The notes under the pieces: generated by a model
The model's input: the letters and a program-made list of their open reading frames with translations, nothing else
Database searches by the model: none
Told to the model about the DNA's origin: nothing
Shown here: positions 45,743-55,810 of the stretch, piece after piece
Position numbering within the stretch: the first letter of the stretch is position 1
How the letters are laid out: each line of letters starts with the position of its first letter
From: an uncultured virus (IMG/VR IMGVR_UViG_3300001589_000005)
Lineage: Duplodnaviria; Heunggongvirae; Uroviricota; Caudoviricetes
Virus record (IMG/VR): IMGVR_UViG_3300001589_000005
Location: 1 to 64,000 of that record
Length of the DNA stretch: 64,000 bases
Reading direction: 5' to 3' (one strand)
Made by a program: the position numbers and the translations under genes

Positions 45743-46144
45743 ATGAGTAAAGAAATTGATGAAGCATTAGGTGCGCCACCAGTTAAAATGCCTGCACAAG
45801 AACTTGTTGATACTAAACAAGTATATGATGTAGTTGCACAAAATGATGATGACGTAGACAATGATTACAAATATCAACGAGAGAACTTTTATGGACTTAT
45901 AGAAAAGGGTTCTCATGCGATTGATGGTATATTAGAACTTGCAAAAGAATCTGATCACCCAAGAGCATACGAAGTTGCTGGTAATTTAATTAAACAAGTA
46001 GCAGAGGTAACGGAGAAGTTAGGTGANTTACAAGAGAAAATGCGAAAACTTAAAGAAGTACCTAGTAATGCACCCAAGAATGTTACTAACGCATTATTTG
46101 TTGGTTCGACTGCTGAACTCCAAAAAATGTTAAAGGGAAAGTGA
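45743..46144 (+). CDS. gp16: terminase small subunit gp16
   Basis: DYKYQRENFY...HPRAYEVAGNLIK...NALFVGSTAELQKML. Confidence 0.95.
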   Translation: MSKEIDEALGAPPVKMPAQELVDTKQVYDVVAQNDDDVDNDYKYQRENFYGLIEKGSHAIDGILELAKESDHPRAYEVAGNLIKQVAEVTEKLGXLQEKMRKLKEVPSNAPKNVTNALFVGSTAELQKMLKGK

Positions 46145-46147
46145 TGT

Positions 46148-47125
46148 ATGAATTATTTAATATTAACCCCAGATGGTGTGGGTTCAACCTATTTACAAAG
46201 AAGTCTTACAGTATTTTTAAATAGTGCTGGATTAGATTATACTAATACACATGAAATAGCTGCAGGATTAGAATTATACAATAACAATATTGTAAAAATT
46301 GTACACAAAGTGCCTAGAGGCCCTGATTACACATATATACGATATGGACAACCACTAGAAAGAGTTATACAACTTTTAGAAAACAATACTGGAAGTTCTT
46401 TAGTTTCTAGATTAGCACATTATGTTATGAAAGAAAGAGCTGTAATGGCTGGTAAAAAAGCTGGTGGTACAAGAGAGTGGTATCCTTTTTTAAACAGACA
46501 TTATCAAAAGATTTTTTATTGTACAAGAGATCCATTTGAATACGCTTTAAGTTGGGGTATTAGGGATACTAATAAGATTAGAAATGTTTTTAGTGTAGAC
46601 GAACATAGAAATAATGTCAAAGATGAAAACTACAAAGTTGATTTAAATTTATTTAATAGAAAATTAAAAATCTATCTTAGATATAAGTGGTGGGTAGATA
46701 AGTATTTTCCTACAGCTATTGAAGTTGATTATAATGAATTTGCATATAATACAGACCATATGCTTTGGCAATTAACTGGAATAGAACATGAAATGAAAGG
46801 TATAAGTTTTGATGAATATAATAAGACAACATACAATCTTAGTAATATTGGTGTTGATAATATTGGTTTAGGTTCACTGTTAAAATCTGTAAGGTTTGAA
46901 GAATATATAAGTACTCTAGTAAAGAACAAAAAACTCTTGTGGGGTGTTCCATTAAAAATGAATACTTTACTTGATAAAAGAAATAAGATACAGAATTTTT
47001 CTGATTGTGTTGATAGATATAATGAATGGTGTAAAGAGAGTAATTATTATCAAAAAGTAACAACTGATATATTAGAAGAAAGAATAGAAAGAGAAAATAA
47101 ATTTTATGGAAACTTATCTAGGTAA
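46148..47125 (+). CDS. sulfotransferase-fold (P-loop-like) hypothetical protein
   Basis: ILTPDGVGSTYLQRSL resembles a 5'-PSB loop; CTRDPFEYALSW resembles a 3'-PB motif. Confidence 0.55.
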   Translation: MNYLILTPDGVGSTYLQRSLTVFLNSAGLDYTNTHEIAAGLELYNNNIVKIVHKVPRGPDYTYIRYGQPLERVIQLLENNTGSSLVSRLAHYVMKERAVMAGKKAGGTREWYPFLNRHYQKIFYCTRDPFEYALSWGIRDTNKIRNVFSVDEHRNNVKDENYKVDLNLFNRKLKIYLRYKWWVDKYFPTAIEVDYNEFAYNTDHMLWQLTGIEHEMKGISFDEYNKTTYNLSNIGVDNIGLGSLLKSVRFEEYISTLVKNKKLLWGVPLKMNTLLDKRNKIQNFSDCVDRYNEWCKESNYYQKVTTDILEERIERENKFYGNLSR

Positions 47126-48743
47126 TCCAAATCTTAAAAAAGCAAACGTACAGCAGGAGTGGACTAAACACGAACTGCAAGAATACGCTAGTTGTATGGA
47201 AGATCCTATATACTTTATACAAAATTATGTAAGAATTGTATCACTTGATGAGGGTCTAATACCTTTTAAAATGTATCCATTTCAGAAAGAGATGGTTGGT
47301 ACATTCCACAATAATCGTTTTACTATTTGTAAACTACCCAGACAGTCTGGTAAGTCTACTGTTATGGTTTCTTATCTATTACACTATGCTTTATTTAATC
47401 CAGCAGTTAATATTGCTATACTTGCAAACAAGGCCGCAACTGCGAGAGATTTATTGGGGAGACTGCAACTTGCGTATGAACATCTTCCCAAGTGGTTACA
47501 ACAAGGTGTTATGTCTTGGAACAAAGGAAGTCTTGAACTTGAAAATGGTTCTAAAATTTTGGCATCATCTACTTCAGCATCTGCCGTTCGTGGTGGTTCT
47601 TATAATATTATTTTCTTGGATGAGTTTGCATATGTACCCAGCAACGTAGCAGAACAATTTTTTAGTTCTGTGTATCCCACGATTTCCTCTGGTAAAACAA
47701 CTAAGGTTATGATTGTTTCCACACCACATGGTATGAATATGTTCTATAAGATATGGACAGAAGCAGAAGAAAAAAGAAACAGTTACATCCCTATTGAAGT
47801 TCACTGGTCAGAAGTGCCTGGCCGTGATGAGAAATGGAAGAAAGAAACTATTGCGAATACAAGTGAACAACAGTTTAACACAGAGTTTGAGTGTGAGTTT
47901 TTAGGTTCTATTGATACACTCATTTCGCCACGCAAACTAAGAGAACTTGCATATAAGACACCGATACAATCTAATAAAGGTTTGGATGTTTATTATCCAC
48001 CAGAAAAAGAACATACTTATTTTATGACGGTGGACGTTGCAAGAGGAGTAGAGAGTGATTACTCGGCCTTTGTTGTTTTTGACGTAACACAGATACCATA
48101 TAAAATATGTGCGAAGTACAGAGATAACGAAATAAAACCACTATTGTTCCCACAAAAAATATATGATGTTGCAAGAGCATATAATCAAGCATTTATTTTG
48201 GTAGAGGTAAATGATATCGGTGAACAAGTTGCTAATACATTACAGTTTGATTTAGAATATGATAATCTAGTTATGGCGTCTATGAGAGGTCGTGCTGGAC
48301 AAATCATGGGTGGTGGATTTAGTGGTGGTAAGGCACAGTTGGGTGTAAGAACAACTAAAGCAGTTAAGAAGATTGGTTGTTCTAATCTAAAACAGATGAT
48401 TGAAGATAATAAAATGATAGTACAAGACTATGATATGATAAACGAATTATCTACATTTGTAGTAAAGGGGCAATCCTTTCAGGCAGATGAGGGTTGTAAT
48501 GATGATTTAGTTGCATGTTTGTTTATGTTTGCATGGTCAATTGACCAAACATATTTTAAAGAATTAACTAATATGGACATGCGAGAACGTATGTTACAAG
48601 AAAATAAAGATCAGATAGAACAAGACATGGCTCCTTTTGGGTTCATAGTGGACGGTTTAGAGGATGAAAACATTGGGGAGATGGTAGATGAATATGGAAC
48701 AAAGTGGAATCCAATTGTTAGAGACTATTCATCCAATTGGTAA
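47106..48743 (+). CDS. gp17: terminase large subunit gp17
   Basis: KLPRQSGKST Walker A, IIFLDEFAY Walker B, DDLVACL. Confidence 0.97.
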   Translation: METYLGNPNLKKANVQQEWTKHELQEYASCMEDPIYFIQNYVRIVSLDEGLIPFKMYPFQKEMVGTFHNNRFTICKLPRQSGKSTVMVSYLLHYALFNPAVNIAILANKAATARDLLGRLQLAYEHLPKWLQQGVMSWNKGSLELENGSKILASSTSASAVRGGSYNIIFLDEFAYVPSNVAEQFFSSVYPTISSGKTTKVMIVSTPHGMNMFYKIWTEAEEKRNSYIPIEVHWSEVPGRDEKWKKETIANTSEQQFNTEFECEFLGSIDTLISPRKLRELAYKTPIQSNKGLDVYYPPEKEHTYFMTVDVARGVESDYSAFVVFDVTQIPYKICAKYRDNEIKPLLFPQKIYDVARAYNQAFILVEVNDIGEQVANTLQFDLEYDNLVMASMRGRAGQIMGGGFSGGKAQLGVRTTKAVKKIGCSNLKQMIEDNKMIVQDYDMINELSTFVVKGQSFQADEGCNDDLVACLFMFAWSIDQTYFKELTNMDMRERMLQENKDQIEQDMAPFGFIVDGLEDENIGEMVDEYGTKWNPIVRDYSSNW

Positions 48744-49236
48744 AGTTAAATTAAATATACCTATTGAAAAAAGAAAACTAATAAAAAACATAATAAAAGA
48801 TGATACATATAATTTAAAAACAATTGGTGGTTATAAATCTAATATTATTACAGATTACAGAACAACATGGCATATGCATGACATACATGAACTCTTTGGT
48901 GAAATATCAGATAAAACATTGGATGTAGTAAGAGGATTCACTGGTAACGATAAATTATGTGCTGGAGAATGTTGGGGTGCAATATATCAAAAAGGAGATA
49001 AAGCAAAATCACACATACATAGTGTTATATGGGCATGGACTTACTATGCAGAATGTTGTCCTAAGTGTTCACCTTTAGTATTTGAAAGAAGAAATATAGA
49101 AATTAAACCAGAGGAAGATTATTTGATATTTTGGAATGGAATACTTCCAAATGATAAATACCATTATAACACACATTGTGTACCACCACAAGAATGTGAA
49201 CATGACAGAGTGATGATTGCTGGAAATATTGATTAG
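48688..49236 (+). CDS. 2OG-Fe(II) oxygenase superfamily protein
   Basis: ECWGAIY...HIH...THCVPP...DRVMIAGNI; paralog of 8067 ORF. Confidence 0.78.
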   Translation: MNMEQSGIQLLETIHPIGKVKLNIPIEKRKLIKNIIKDDTYNLKTIGGYKSNIITDYRTTWHMHDIHELFGEISDKTLDVVRGFTGNDKLCAGECWGAIYQKGDKAKSHIHSVIWAWTYYAECCPKCSPLVFERRNIEIKPEEDYLIFWNGILPNDKYHYNTHCVPPQECEHDRVMIAGNID

Positions 49237-49532
49237 AGAAATTCTATTAAATCACTATCCAGTTTAATCCAACAATTAGAACAAACAACTTTAGAGTTGT
49301 CAATAAGTTCTTGGATTTGTTCTCTGCTATCATTGTTCATACCTTTTCTTTTGGTTTGAGAACGTATTACATTATCGTGAGGGTAAAATTTAAGACATAC
49401 TGTTTCTGCCTCACCACAATGAACACAAGATTGATCGCTCAGAATGTTATTTAACCAAACGCCTCGCTTTCGGTAATTTCTTCTTGCAACCTTCTTAATG
49501 GTGTCTTTGTATTTTTCATAGTGTGTTGTCAT
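49233..49532 (-). CDS. HNH-endonuclease-like zinc-binding protein (possibly degenerate)
   Basis: CVHCGE...CLKFYPH...VVCSNCW; start taken at ATG 49532. Confidence 0.65.
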   Translation of the reverse strand: MTTHYEKYKDTIKKVARRNYRKRGVWLNNILSDQSCVHCGEAETVCLKFYPHDNVIRSQTKRKGMNNDSREQIQELIDNSKVVCSNCWIKLDSDLIEFL

Positions 49533-49537
49533 GTAAT

Positions 49538-49545
49538 TATTTATA
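49538..49545 (-). promoter_or_regulatory. T4-type late promoter (minus strand)
   Basis: TATTTATA on + strand equals TATAAATA on - strand, 5 nt before ATG 49532. Confidence 0.6.
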
Positions 49546-49557
49546 TGATTTATTGCA

Positions 49558-49596
49558 TATAAATATAGGTTTTTAAGAAACGGTAAATTATAAATA
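49558..49596 (+). promoter_or_regulatory. tandem T4-type late promoters
   Basis: TATAAATA at 49558 and 49589 upstream of gp18. Confidence 0.75.
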
Positions 49597-49657
49597 AAAG
49601 TAATGATTAAGTAAGAACAATGCTGAACGGGCAAACTTAAAGGACAAGGAGTAAATC

Positions 49658-51832
49658 ATGGCATTTCTAGTATCACCTGGCGTCCAAGTTAAAGAGGTCG
49701 ACTTAACAAATGTCGTTCCTGCTGTTGCAACATCTATTGGTGCAATTGCTGGGCCATTTGAAAAGGGGCCTGTCGGTGAGGTTACTGCAATTGGTTCAGA
49801 AGAAGAATTAGTAAAAATCTTTGGAAAACCTAATGCATCTAACTACGAAACTTGGTTTACAGCCGCTAACTTTTTACAATATTCAGATGCTCTAAGAGTG
49901 GTTCGTGTCGAATCTGGTGTTTTAAACGCAACATCAAAGGCGAGTGGACTACTAATAAGATCAACTGACCACTATTTAACATCTTTTGCTGAAGGGCAAG
50001 GAACTGTTGGTTTGTGGGCATCAAGAACTTCTGGGTCAGAAGGAAATAGTATTGCTGTTTCTGTATGTCCTAGTGCAACTGCTTACGAACAAAATTTAAC
50101 TACTGCAAATAAAATCGCTGCAACGGCCGCTTCTGGTGCAACTTCAATTACACTAGACGATGTTGACGTTGCCGATAATGAAATTAATATTGGAGATATA
50201 CTTTCGTTCTTCACAACTTCTGCATTTAGTACACAAGTGAGTGGACATGAAGATAAACAATATGAAGTGACTGCAATTGATATCACTAACAACACTGCAA
50301 CAATCAGAGAACTTGACAATGTAAACGGAACTGGTTTGGTTGCCGCACTTGCTACTGGTTCATTTATCAGACGTAGATGGAAATTCTATGACTTGTTTGA
50401 TGGTGCCCCAGGCACATCTGCTTGGGCAACTCAAAATGGTAGAGGTACAGGCGATGAACTACACATTGTAGTTTTCGATACAACTGGAACTATTGCTGGT
50501 TTTGACAGTGATACAGCAGGACAAAGAACTCAAGGCGTACTTGAAATTTTTGCAAGTCTTTCCAAAAACGTAAATGGAAAAACTGCTCAAGGACAAAGTA
50601 ACTATTATCCAGACGTAATCTACAGACAATCAAATCTCATTTATTGGATGGATCATCCAGTAACTTCTGATATTCCAACAAGTAAATCAGAAGAGATTAC
50701 CTCAAGTGGAACTAATTGGGGAACAGATTTACAAACTGGTAACGAAATATTATTGAACGGATCAGACTCTTCTGGTACTGACGAAGGTGACAATATTATC
50801 TTAGACGGTACAGATGGTTCATCAACTGATGCTGGTAGTGATATTCTACTAGAAGAAGGTGGTGCATACACTGCTGTTACTGGTGCATATGAATCACAAC
50901 TTAACGGTGGTGCAGATGACTTTAGTGTATCTGCTGGTGAAATTCAACTTGCATACGATAAGTTCAAAGATGTAGAGAGTATTGATATCAACCTAGTATT
51001 AGGTGGGCCGTCAAGTATCGCTGCTGATACTGAAACTGGTATGGACACACATGTTACTATGATTACAGATTTATGTGAATTTAGAAAAGATTGTGTAGGA
51101 TTTGTATCACCCCACAGAACTGCTGTAGTTGGTGTTGCAGATTCGGTAACACAAACTGATAATGTTAAATCTGCATTTGATAACTGTCCATCATCATCTT
51201 ACATGGTGTTTGACAGTGGTTACAAGTACATGTATGACAAATACAATGACCAGTTTAGATTCGTTCCATTGAACGGAGACACTGCTGGACTATGTGCAAA
51301 CACAGACAATGTTGCTGACCCTTGGTTCTCGCCAGGCGGTTTCAATAGAGGAAATGTTAGAGGCGCTGTAAAACTTGCTTACAATCCAAGTAAATCTCAA
51401 AGAGATATCTTGTATCGTGCAAGGATTAACCCAGTTGTTAACTTTCCCGGCCAAGGTGTTGTACTGTTCGGTGATAAAACTGCGTTGTCTAAACCAAGTG
51501 CTTTTGACAGAATTAATGTTAGAAGATTGTTCTTGGTATTAGAAAAAGCAATCGCAACTGCCGCTAAGTTTCAACTCTTTGAGTTCAACGATGAATTTAC
51601 AAGAGCACAATTTAGAAACTTAGTAGAACCATTCCTTAGAGATGTTCAAGGTAGAAGAGGTATAACAGACTTTAAAGTTGTTGCTGACGGTACTAATAAT
51701 ACTGGACAAGTAATTGATAGAAATGAGTTTGTTGCAGATATCTATGTTAAACCTAACAGAAGTATCAACTTTATTACTCTTAACTTTGTCGCCGTAAGAA
51801 CTGGTGTCGCATTTACAGAGGTAGGAGGTTAA
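49658..51832 (+). CDS. gp18: tail sheath protein gp18
   Basis: FLVSPGVQVKEVDLT...AFDRINVRRLFL...RSINFITLNFVAVRTGVAF. Confidence 0.97.
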   Translation: MAFLVSPGVQVKEVDLTNVVPAVATSIGAIAGPFEKGPVGEVTAIGSEEELVKIFGKPNASNYETWFTAANFLQYSDALRVVRVESGVLNATSKASGLLIRSTDHYLTSFAEGQGTVGLWASRTSGSEGNSIAVSVCPSATAYEQNLTTANKIAATAASGATSITLDDVDVADNEINIGDILSFFTTSAFSTQVSGHEDKQYEVTAIDITNNTATIRELDNVNGTGLVAALATGSFIRRRWKFYDLFDGAPGTSAWATQNGRGTGDELHIVVFDTTGTIAGFDSDTAGQRTQGVLEIFASLSKNVNGKTAQGQSNYYPDVIYRQSNLIYWMDHPVTSDIPTSKSEEITSSGTNWGTDLQTGNEILLNGSDSSGTDEGDNIILDGTDGSSTDAGSDILLEEGGAYTAVTGAYESQLNGGADDFSVSAGEIQLAYDKFKDVESIDINLVLGGPSSIAADTETGMDTHVTMITDLCEFRKDCVGFVSPHRTAVVGVADSVTQTDNVKSAFDNCPSSSYMVFDSGYKYMYDKYNDQFRFVPLNGDTAGLCANTDNVADPWFSPGGFNRGNVRGAVKLAYNPSKSQRDILYRARINPVVNFPGQGVVLFGDKTALSKPSAFDRINVRRLFLVLEKAIATAAKFQLFEFNDEFTRAQFRNLVEPFLRDVQGRRGITDFKVVADGTNNTGQVIDRNEFVADIYVKPNRSINFITLNFVAVRTGVAFTEVGG

Positions 51833-51834
51833 TC

Positions 51835-52365
51835 ATGGCTAAAATAGACGATTTCAAAGCAAATCTTATCGGTGGTGGTGCTCGTGCCAACCAATTTAAA
51901 GTGACGTTAACTCCACCTTCTGAAATTACTATTGGATTAGATGTTCGTAGAACTTCTTTTCTAGTAACTGCAACTAACTTGCCTGCGAGTACATTGGGTG
52001 AGATTGCAATACCATTCAGAGGTAGAACCATTTATATGGCTGGTGACAGACCTGCTCCAGAAACTTGGACAACTACTTTTTATAATGACACTGACTTTAT
52101 GATTAGAAACGCAATGGAAAGATGGCAAAACGGTATTAACAATTATGCCGATGCATCTGGATTAATTACCCCTGCTGGTTATCAAACTGATTTAACAGTT
52201 GAACAACTAGACAGAGATGATACAATCCTTAAATCATACATTTTTAGAAATGCGTTTCCACTGACTGTTTCACAGATTGACTTAACAACTGCTGAAGCAA
52301 CAGAAATTGAAACATTTGAGGTTACATGGCGTTACCAACACTTTGAACCTTCAAATATACTATAG
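51835..52365 (+). CDS. gp19: tail tube protein gp19
   Basis: GGGARANQF...PFRGR...WTTTFYNDTDF...FEVTWRYQ. Confidence 0.95.
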   Translation: MAKIDDFKANLIGGGARANQFKVTLTPPSEITIGLDVRRTSFLVTATNLPASTLGEIAIPFRGRTIYMAGDRPAPETWTTTFYNDTDFMIRNAMERWQNGINNYADASGLITPAGYQTDLTVEQLDRDDTILKSYIFRNAFPLTVSQIDLTTAEATEIETFEVTWRYQHFEPSNIL

Positions 52366-52408
52366 TATTAAACCTACTAAATAGTAGTAGGAAATTTGGA
52401 GTAATATA

Positions 52409-54055
52409 ATGGCGGAACTATTTGGATTTAAATTTGAGAAGATAAAAGACTCTGGTGGGGTAGAGAAATTTACCCCACCTAAAACTGATGACGGAACTAT
52501 TGAAGTTGCTGGTGGGGGATTTTTCGGACAAGTTTTAGACACAGACGGTAGAGAACGGACTGAACAAGATCTAATTCGTAGATATAGAGACATTGCCCAA
52601 CAGGCAGAGTGTGATGCTGCGATTGAAGATATTGTTAATGAGTCTATTGTTTCTAACGAAAGAGACCAAGCAATTCAAGTTACACTTGACAATCTTGGAT
52701 ATTCAGACAAAATCAAAAGAAGAATTAGAGAAGAGTTTTCAGAGGTCTTACAACTACTAGACTTTGAAAGCAAAGGACACGACATATTTAGGCGTTGGTA
52801 TGTTGATGGTAGATTGTTTTATCATAAAGTAATTGATAAAAATAATCCCAGACAAGGTATTGTAGAATTAAGATATATCGATCCTAAAAAAATTAAAAAA
52901 GTAAGAGAAGTTAAAAAAGATAAAGGTAAGGGTGCAGCTTCCTCAATAGAACTCATTAAAGATATAGAAGATTACTATATGTATAATGAAAAAGGAATAG
53001 GTGTTGCTGGTGGTTCTAATCAAGGTATTAAAGTCGCTGCAGATTCAATCGCTTACTGTCCATCTGGATTAATTGACCAAAACAAAGGTCATGTACTTTC
53101 ATACTTACACAAAGCAATCAAACCAGTTAATCAACTTAGAATGATTGAGGATGCACTTGTTATCTATCGTATATCAAGAGCGCCTGAAAGACGTATCTTC
53201 TATATTGATGTTGGTAACTTACCGAAGATAAAAGCAGAACAATATCTAAAAGATGTTATGAATCGTTATCGTAACAAACTGGTATACGATGCAAATACTG
53301 GTGAGATAAAAGACGATAGAAATCACATGTCAATGTTAGAAGATTTCTGGTTGCCACGAAGAGAAGGTGGTAGAGGAACAGAAATTACTACATTGCCAGG
53401 CGGTTCTAATCTTGGTGAGATTGATGATATAGAATACTTTAAAAAGAAATTATATCAATCATTAAATGTTCCACAAGCTAGATTAAATGCAGAAGAAGGA
53501 TTTAGTTTAGGTAGAAGTACAGAGATTACAAGAGATGAACTTAAATTTACTAAGTTTGTTCAGAGAATGAGAAAGAGATTTACACCACTACTAACAGATC
53601 TTCTAAAAACCCAATTACTATTAAAAGGTGTTATTGGATTAGAAGATTGGCCAAAGATGGTAGAACATATTCAATATGATTTTCTACAAGATGGTCATTT
53701 TGCAGAATTAAAAAAGGCAGAATTGTTAGAGGGTAGATTGAACTCACTACAGACTATTGAACCATATATCGGTACATTTTTCTCAAAAGAATATGTATTG
53801 AAAAATGTGTTGAATATGACAGATGCCGAAATAGATGATATGCAAAGGCAGATTAAGAAAGAGTCTGGTATGGATGTTGATGATGGTGGAGTTAATGTAC
53901 CAGATGCAACTGATGGAATCACTAGATACCCAAGTGTAGATGGTGGTGCTCTTCCTGCTGATGATGTTGCAAAATTTAGAGGCGAGGTAGAACCAGAAGG
54001 CGGTGATGAGAAACCAAAACCAAAACCAAATGGAGATGAAAATGGCGACAAGTAA
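52409..54055 (+). CDS. gp20: portal protein gp20
   Basis: LRMIEDALVIYRISRAPERRIFYIDVGNLPK...EDFWLPRREGGRGTEITTLPGG. Confidence 0.98.
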   Translation: MAELFGFKFEKIKDSGGVEKFTPPKTDDGTIEVAGGGFFGQVLDTDGRERTEQDLIRRYRDIAQQAECDAAIEDIVNESIVSNERDQAIQVTLDNLGYSDKIKRRIREEFSEVLQLLDFESKGHDIFRRWYVDGRLFYHKVIDKNNPRQGIVELRYIDPKKIKKVREVKKDKGKGAASSIELIKDIEDYYMYNEKGIGVAGGSNQGIKVAADSIAYCPSGLIDQNKGHVLSYLHKAIKPVNQLRMIEDALVIYRISRAPERRIFYIDVGNLPKIKAEQYLKDVMNRYRNKLVYDANTGEIKDDRNHMSMLEDFWLPRREGGRGTEITTLPGGSNLGEIDDIEYFKKKLYQSLNVPQARLNAEEGFSLGRSTEITRDELKFTKFVQRMRKRFTPLLTDLLKTQLLLKGVIGLEDWPKMVEHIQYDFLQDGHFAELKKAELLEGRLNSLQTIEPYIGTFFSKEYVLKNVLNMTDAEIDDMQRQIKKESGMDVDDGGVNVPDATDGITRYPSVDGGALPADDVAKFRGEVEPEGGDEKPKPKPNGDENGDK

Positions 54056-54224
54056 AGATTTCGTTGATGCAGTTGTGAACAAAAATAACCTTGAGGCAGA
54101 AGATGCTTTTAAGGCTGCGATTCAAACTAAAGTTGGAGATGCTCTTGAAGCAAAAAGAAAAGAAGTAGCAAAAACTTTTGTTAAACATGAAACTCTTCCA
54201 GATGCAGACGAAGCAGAAGAATAA
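54042..54224 (+). CDS. small prohead core-like protein (gp67-like by position)
   Basis: 60 aa directly after gp20; GGAG SD; VGDALEAKRKEVAKTF. Confidence 0.6.
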   Translation: MATSKDFVDAVVNKNNLEAEDAFKAAIQTKVGDALEAKRKEVAKTFVKHETLPDADEAEE

Positions 54225-54467
54225 TGGAGTTTGAAGGTTTATATAGTACAGTTCTTGAAAAAGACGAACACAAAAAATCTAAGGAGTACAAGAAATTGTC
54301 GCCTAGGATGAAAAAAGCTGTGGACGGAATTTTTCAAAGTTATGGACGATAAACCTTCCGATTTCCTAAATACTTTTGAAAAAACAATTAAAAATGTAGC
54401 GAAAAAAAATAGCGTTCCAGAGAAAGATTTAATCAAGTACTTTGAACGAGAGATTTTAGACATATAG
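54224..54467 (+). CDS. small head-module protein with +1 frameshift near T-run 54330-54334
   Basis: MEFEGLYSTVLEKDEHKK...AVDGIF continues as KVMDDKPSDFLNTFEK...EILDI* after removing one base. Confidence 0.55.
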
Positions 54468-54476
54468 GAGAATAAA

Positions 54477-55049
54477 ATGGCGTTTAAAATGTTACGACAC
54501 ATTGGTAAAATCGTTCAGGCAAATGACAACGCAGCCGCTTTAGTTCTAGGGCCATTAGGGCCAAGTTCTGCTATCAGAATTTCGGAACATGGTGGAGAGA
54601 ATGGTTTTGTCAAAATAACACAAGAGGGTACAGCAGTTACAGCAACCAATGGAAGTTATATAGATGGGGGTACTGTAATCACTATGATACCAGAAGAAAG
54701 ACCAAAAGCAATTCAAATTACAGCTGCAAGTTCCGCTGACCCAGTGGTACTAACAGTTGCAGATAGAGGCGAAGGAACTGGTATCAATCATCCTTTTGCT
54801 ATAGGTGATCAAATATCTGTAGTAGATGCTGATGTTGCTGCATGGAATACACTACTAACAAATGTTAATGTATCTGCAATAGGTTCTACAACAATTACAC
54901 TTGGTGCTGTTGACGGTAGTTCAACTGCAACCTTTACTGGTGATGCAACTGCAAGATCATGTTATAGTATTTCACACATAAATGAAACTGCTGGTTCTAA
55001 TAGTAAAATCTATGTAGAAGAAATTGTTCAAGGACAACCAGGCATATAA
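54477..55049 (+). CDS. hypothetical virion protein
   Basis: AGGAG SD; beta-rich 190 aa between portal and protease genes. Confidence 0.7.
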   Translation: MAFKMLRHIGKIVQANDNAAALVLGPLGPSSAIRISEHGGENGFVKITQEGTAVTATNGSYIDGGTVITMIPEERPKAIQITAASSADPVVLTVADRGEGTGINHPFAIGDQISVVDADVAAWNTLLTNVNVSAIGSTTITLGAVDGSSTATFTGDATARSCYSISHINETAGSNSKIYVEEIVQGQPGI

Positions 55050-55077
55050 TAAAAATAATTATAGAACATTTTATAAT

Positions 55078-55085
55078 TATAAATA
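55078..55085 (+). promoter_or_regulatory. T4-type late promoter
   Basis: TATAAATA upstream of gp21. Confidence 0.75.
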
Positions 55086-55115
55086 AGTATAATAAGTTTC
55101 GGAAAAGGTAAACAA

Positions 55116-55760
55116 ATGCGAACTGTTAAACTAATTACAGAAGATATCCAAGACGTTCAATTCATTGCAGAAGATACTGCTGATGGTAAAAAGAACTATA
55201 AGATTCGTGGTGTTTTCATGCAGGCGGACATAAAGAACCGAAATGGCCGTGTTTATCCTATGGAAGTATTGACTAATGAAGTAAATAAGTATAGTAAAAA
55301 CTTCATACAAAAAAAGAGAGCCTTTGGAGAGTTAGGTCACCCAGAAGGGCCGACTGTAAATCTGGAAAGAGCATCTCACTTGATAACATCATTAGTGCCC
55401 GAAGGTAAAAATTTTATCGGAGAGGCAAAAATAATGGACACACCTATGGGTAAGATTGTAAAAAGTCTTATGGACGAAGGTGCTACATTAGGTGTTTCAT
55501 CTAGAGGTATGGGTAGTTTGCAATCCAAAGGTGGTGCAAATTATGTAAACAAAGATTTCATGCTCGCAACTGCGGCTGATATCGTTGCTGATCCATCCGC
55601 TCCATCTGCTTTCGTAGAAGGTATCATGGAAGGAAAAGAATGGGTATGGGATAATGGAAGTTATCTTGAACCACATTTGGTGGAAATGAAACAAAGACTT
55701 GAAAGAGGAAAGGCTGCAAATCAAGCATTAGAATTTGCTAAGTTCCTCAAAATGTTGTAA
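55116..55760 (+). CDS. gp21: prohead protease gp21
   Basis: KNRNGRVYP...FGELGHPEGP...GVSSRGMGS...DIVADPSAP. Confidence 0.97.
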   Translation: MRTVKLITEDIQDVQFIAEDTADGKKNYKIRGVFMQADIKNRNGRVYPMEVLTNEVNKYSKNFIQKKRAFGELGHPEGPTVNLERASHLITSLVPEGKNFIGEAKIMDTPMGKIVKSLMDEGATLGVSSRGMGSLQSKGGANYVNKDFMLATAADIVADPSAPSAFVEGIMEGKEWVWDNGSYLEPHLVEMKQRLERGKAANQALEFAKFLKML

Positions 55761-55762
55761 TT

Positions 55763-55770
55763 TATAAATA
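55763..55770 (+). promoter_or_regulatory. T4-type late promoter
   Basis: TATAAATA upstream of gp22. Confidence 0.8.
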
Positions 55771-55810
55771 ATAGTTAATAACCATAGAGTTAAACAAAGG
55801 AGATAATCCC

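Noticed and set aside
390..46030. Scattered N bases as signs of targeted hypervariation (DGR)
   Set aside because: No RT or template/variable repeat pair seen; consistent with consensus ambiguity
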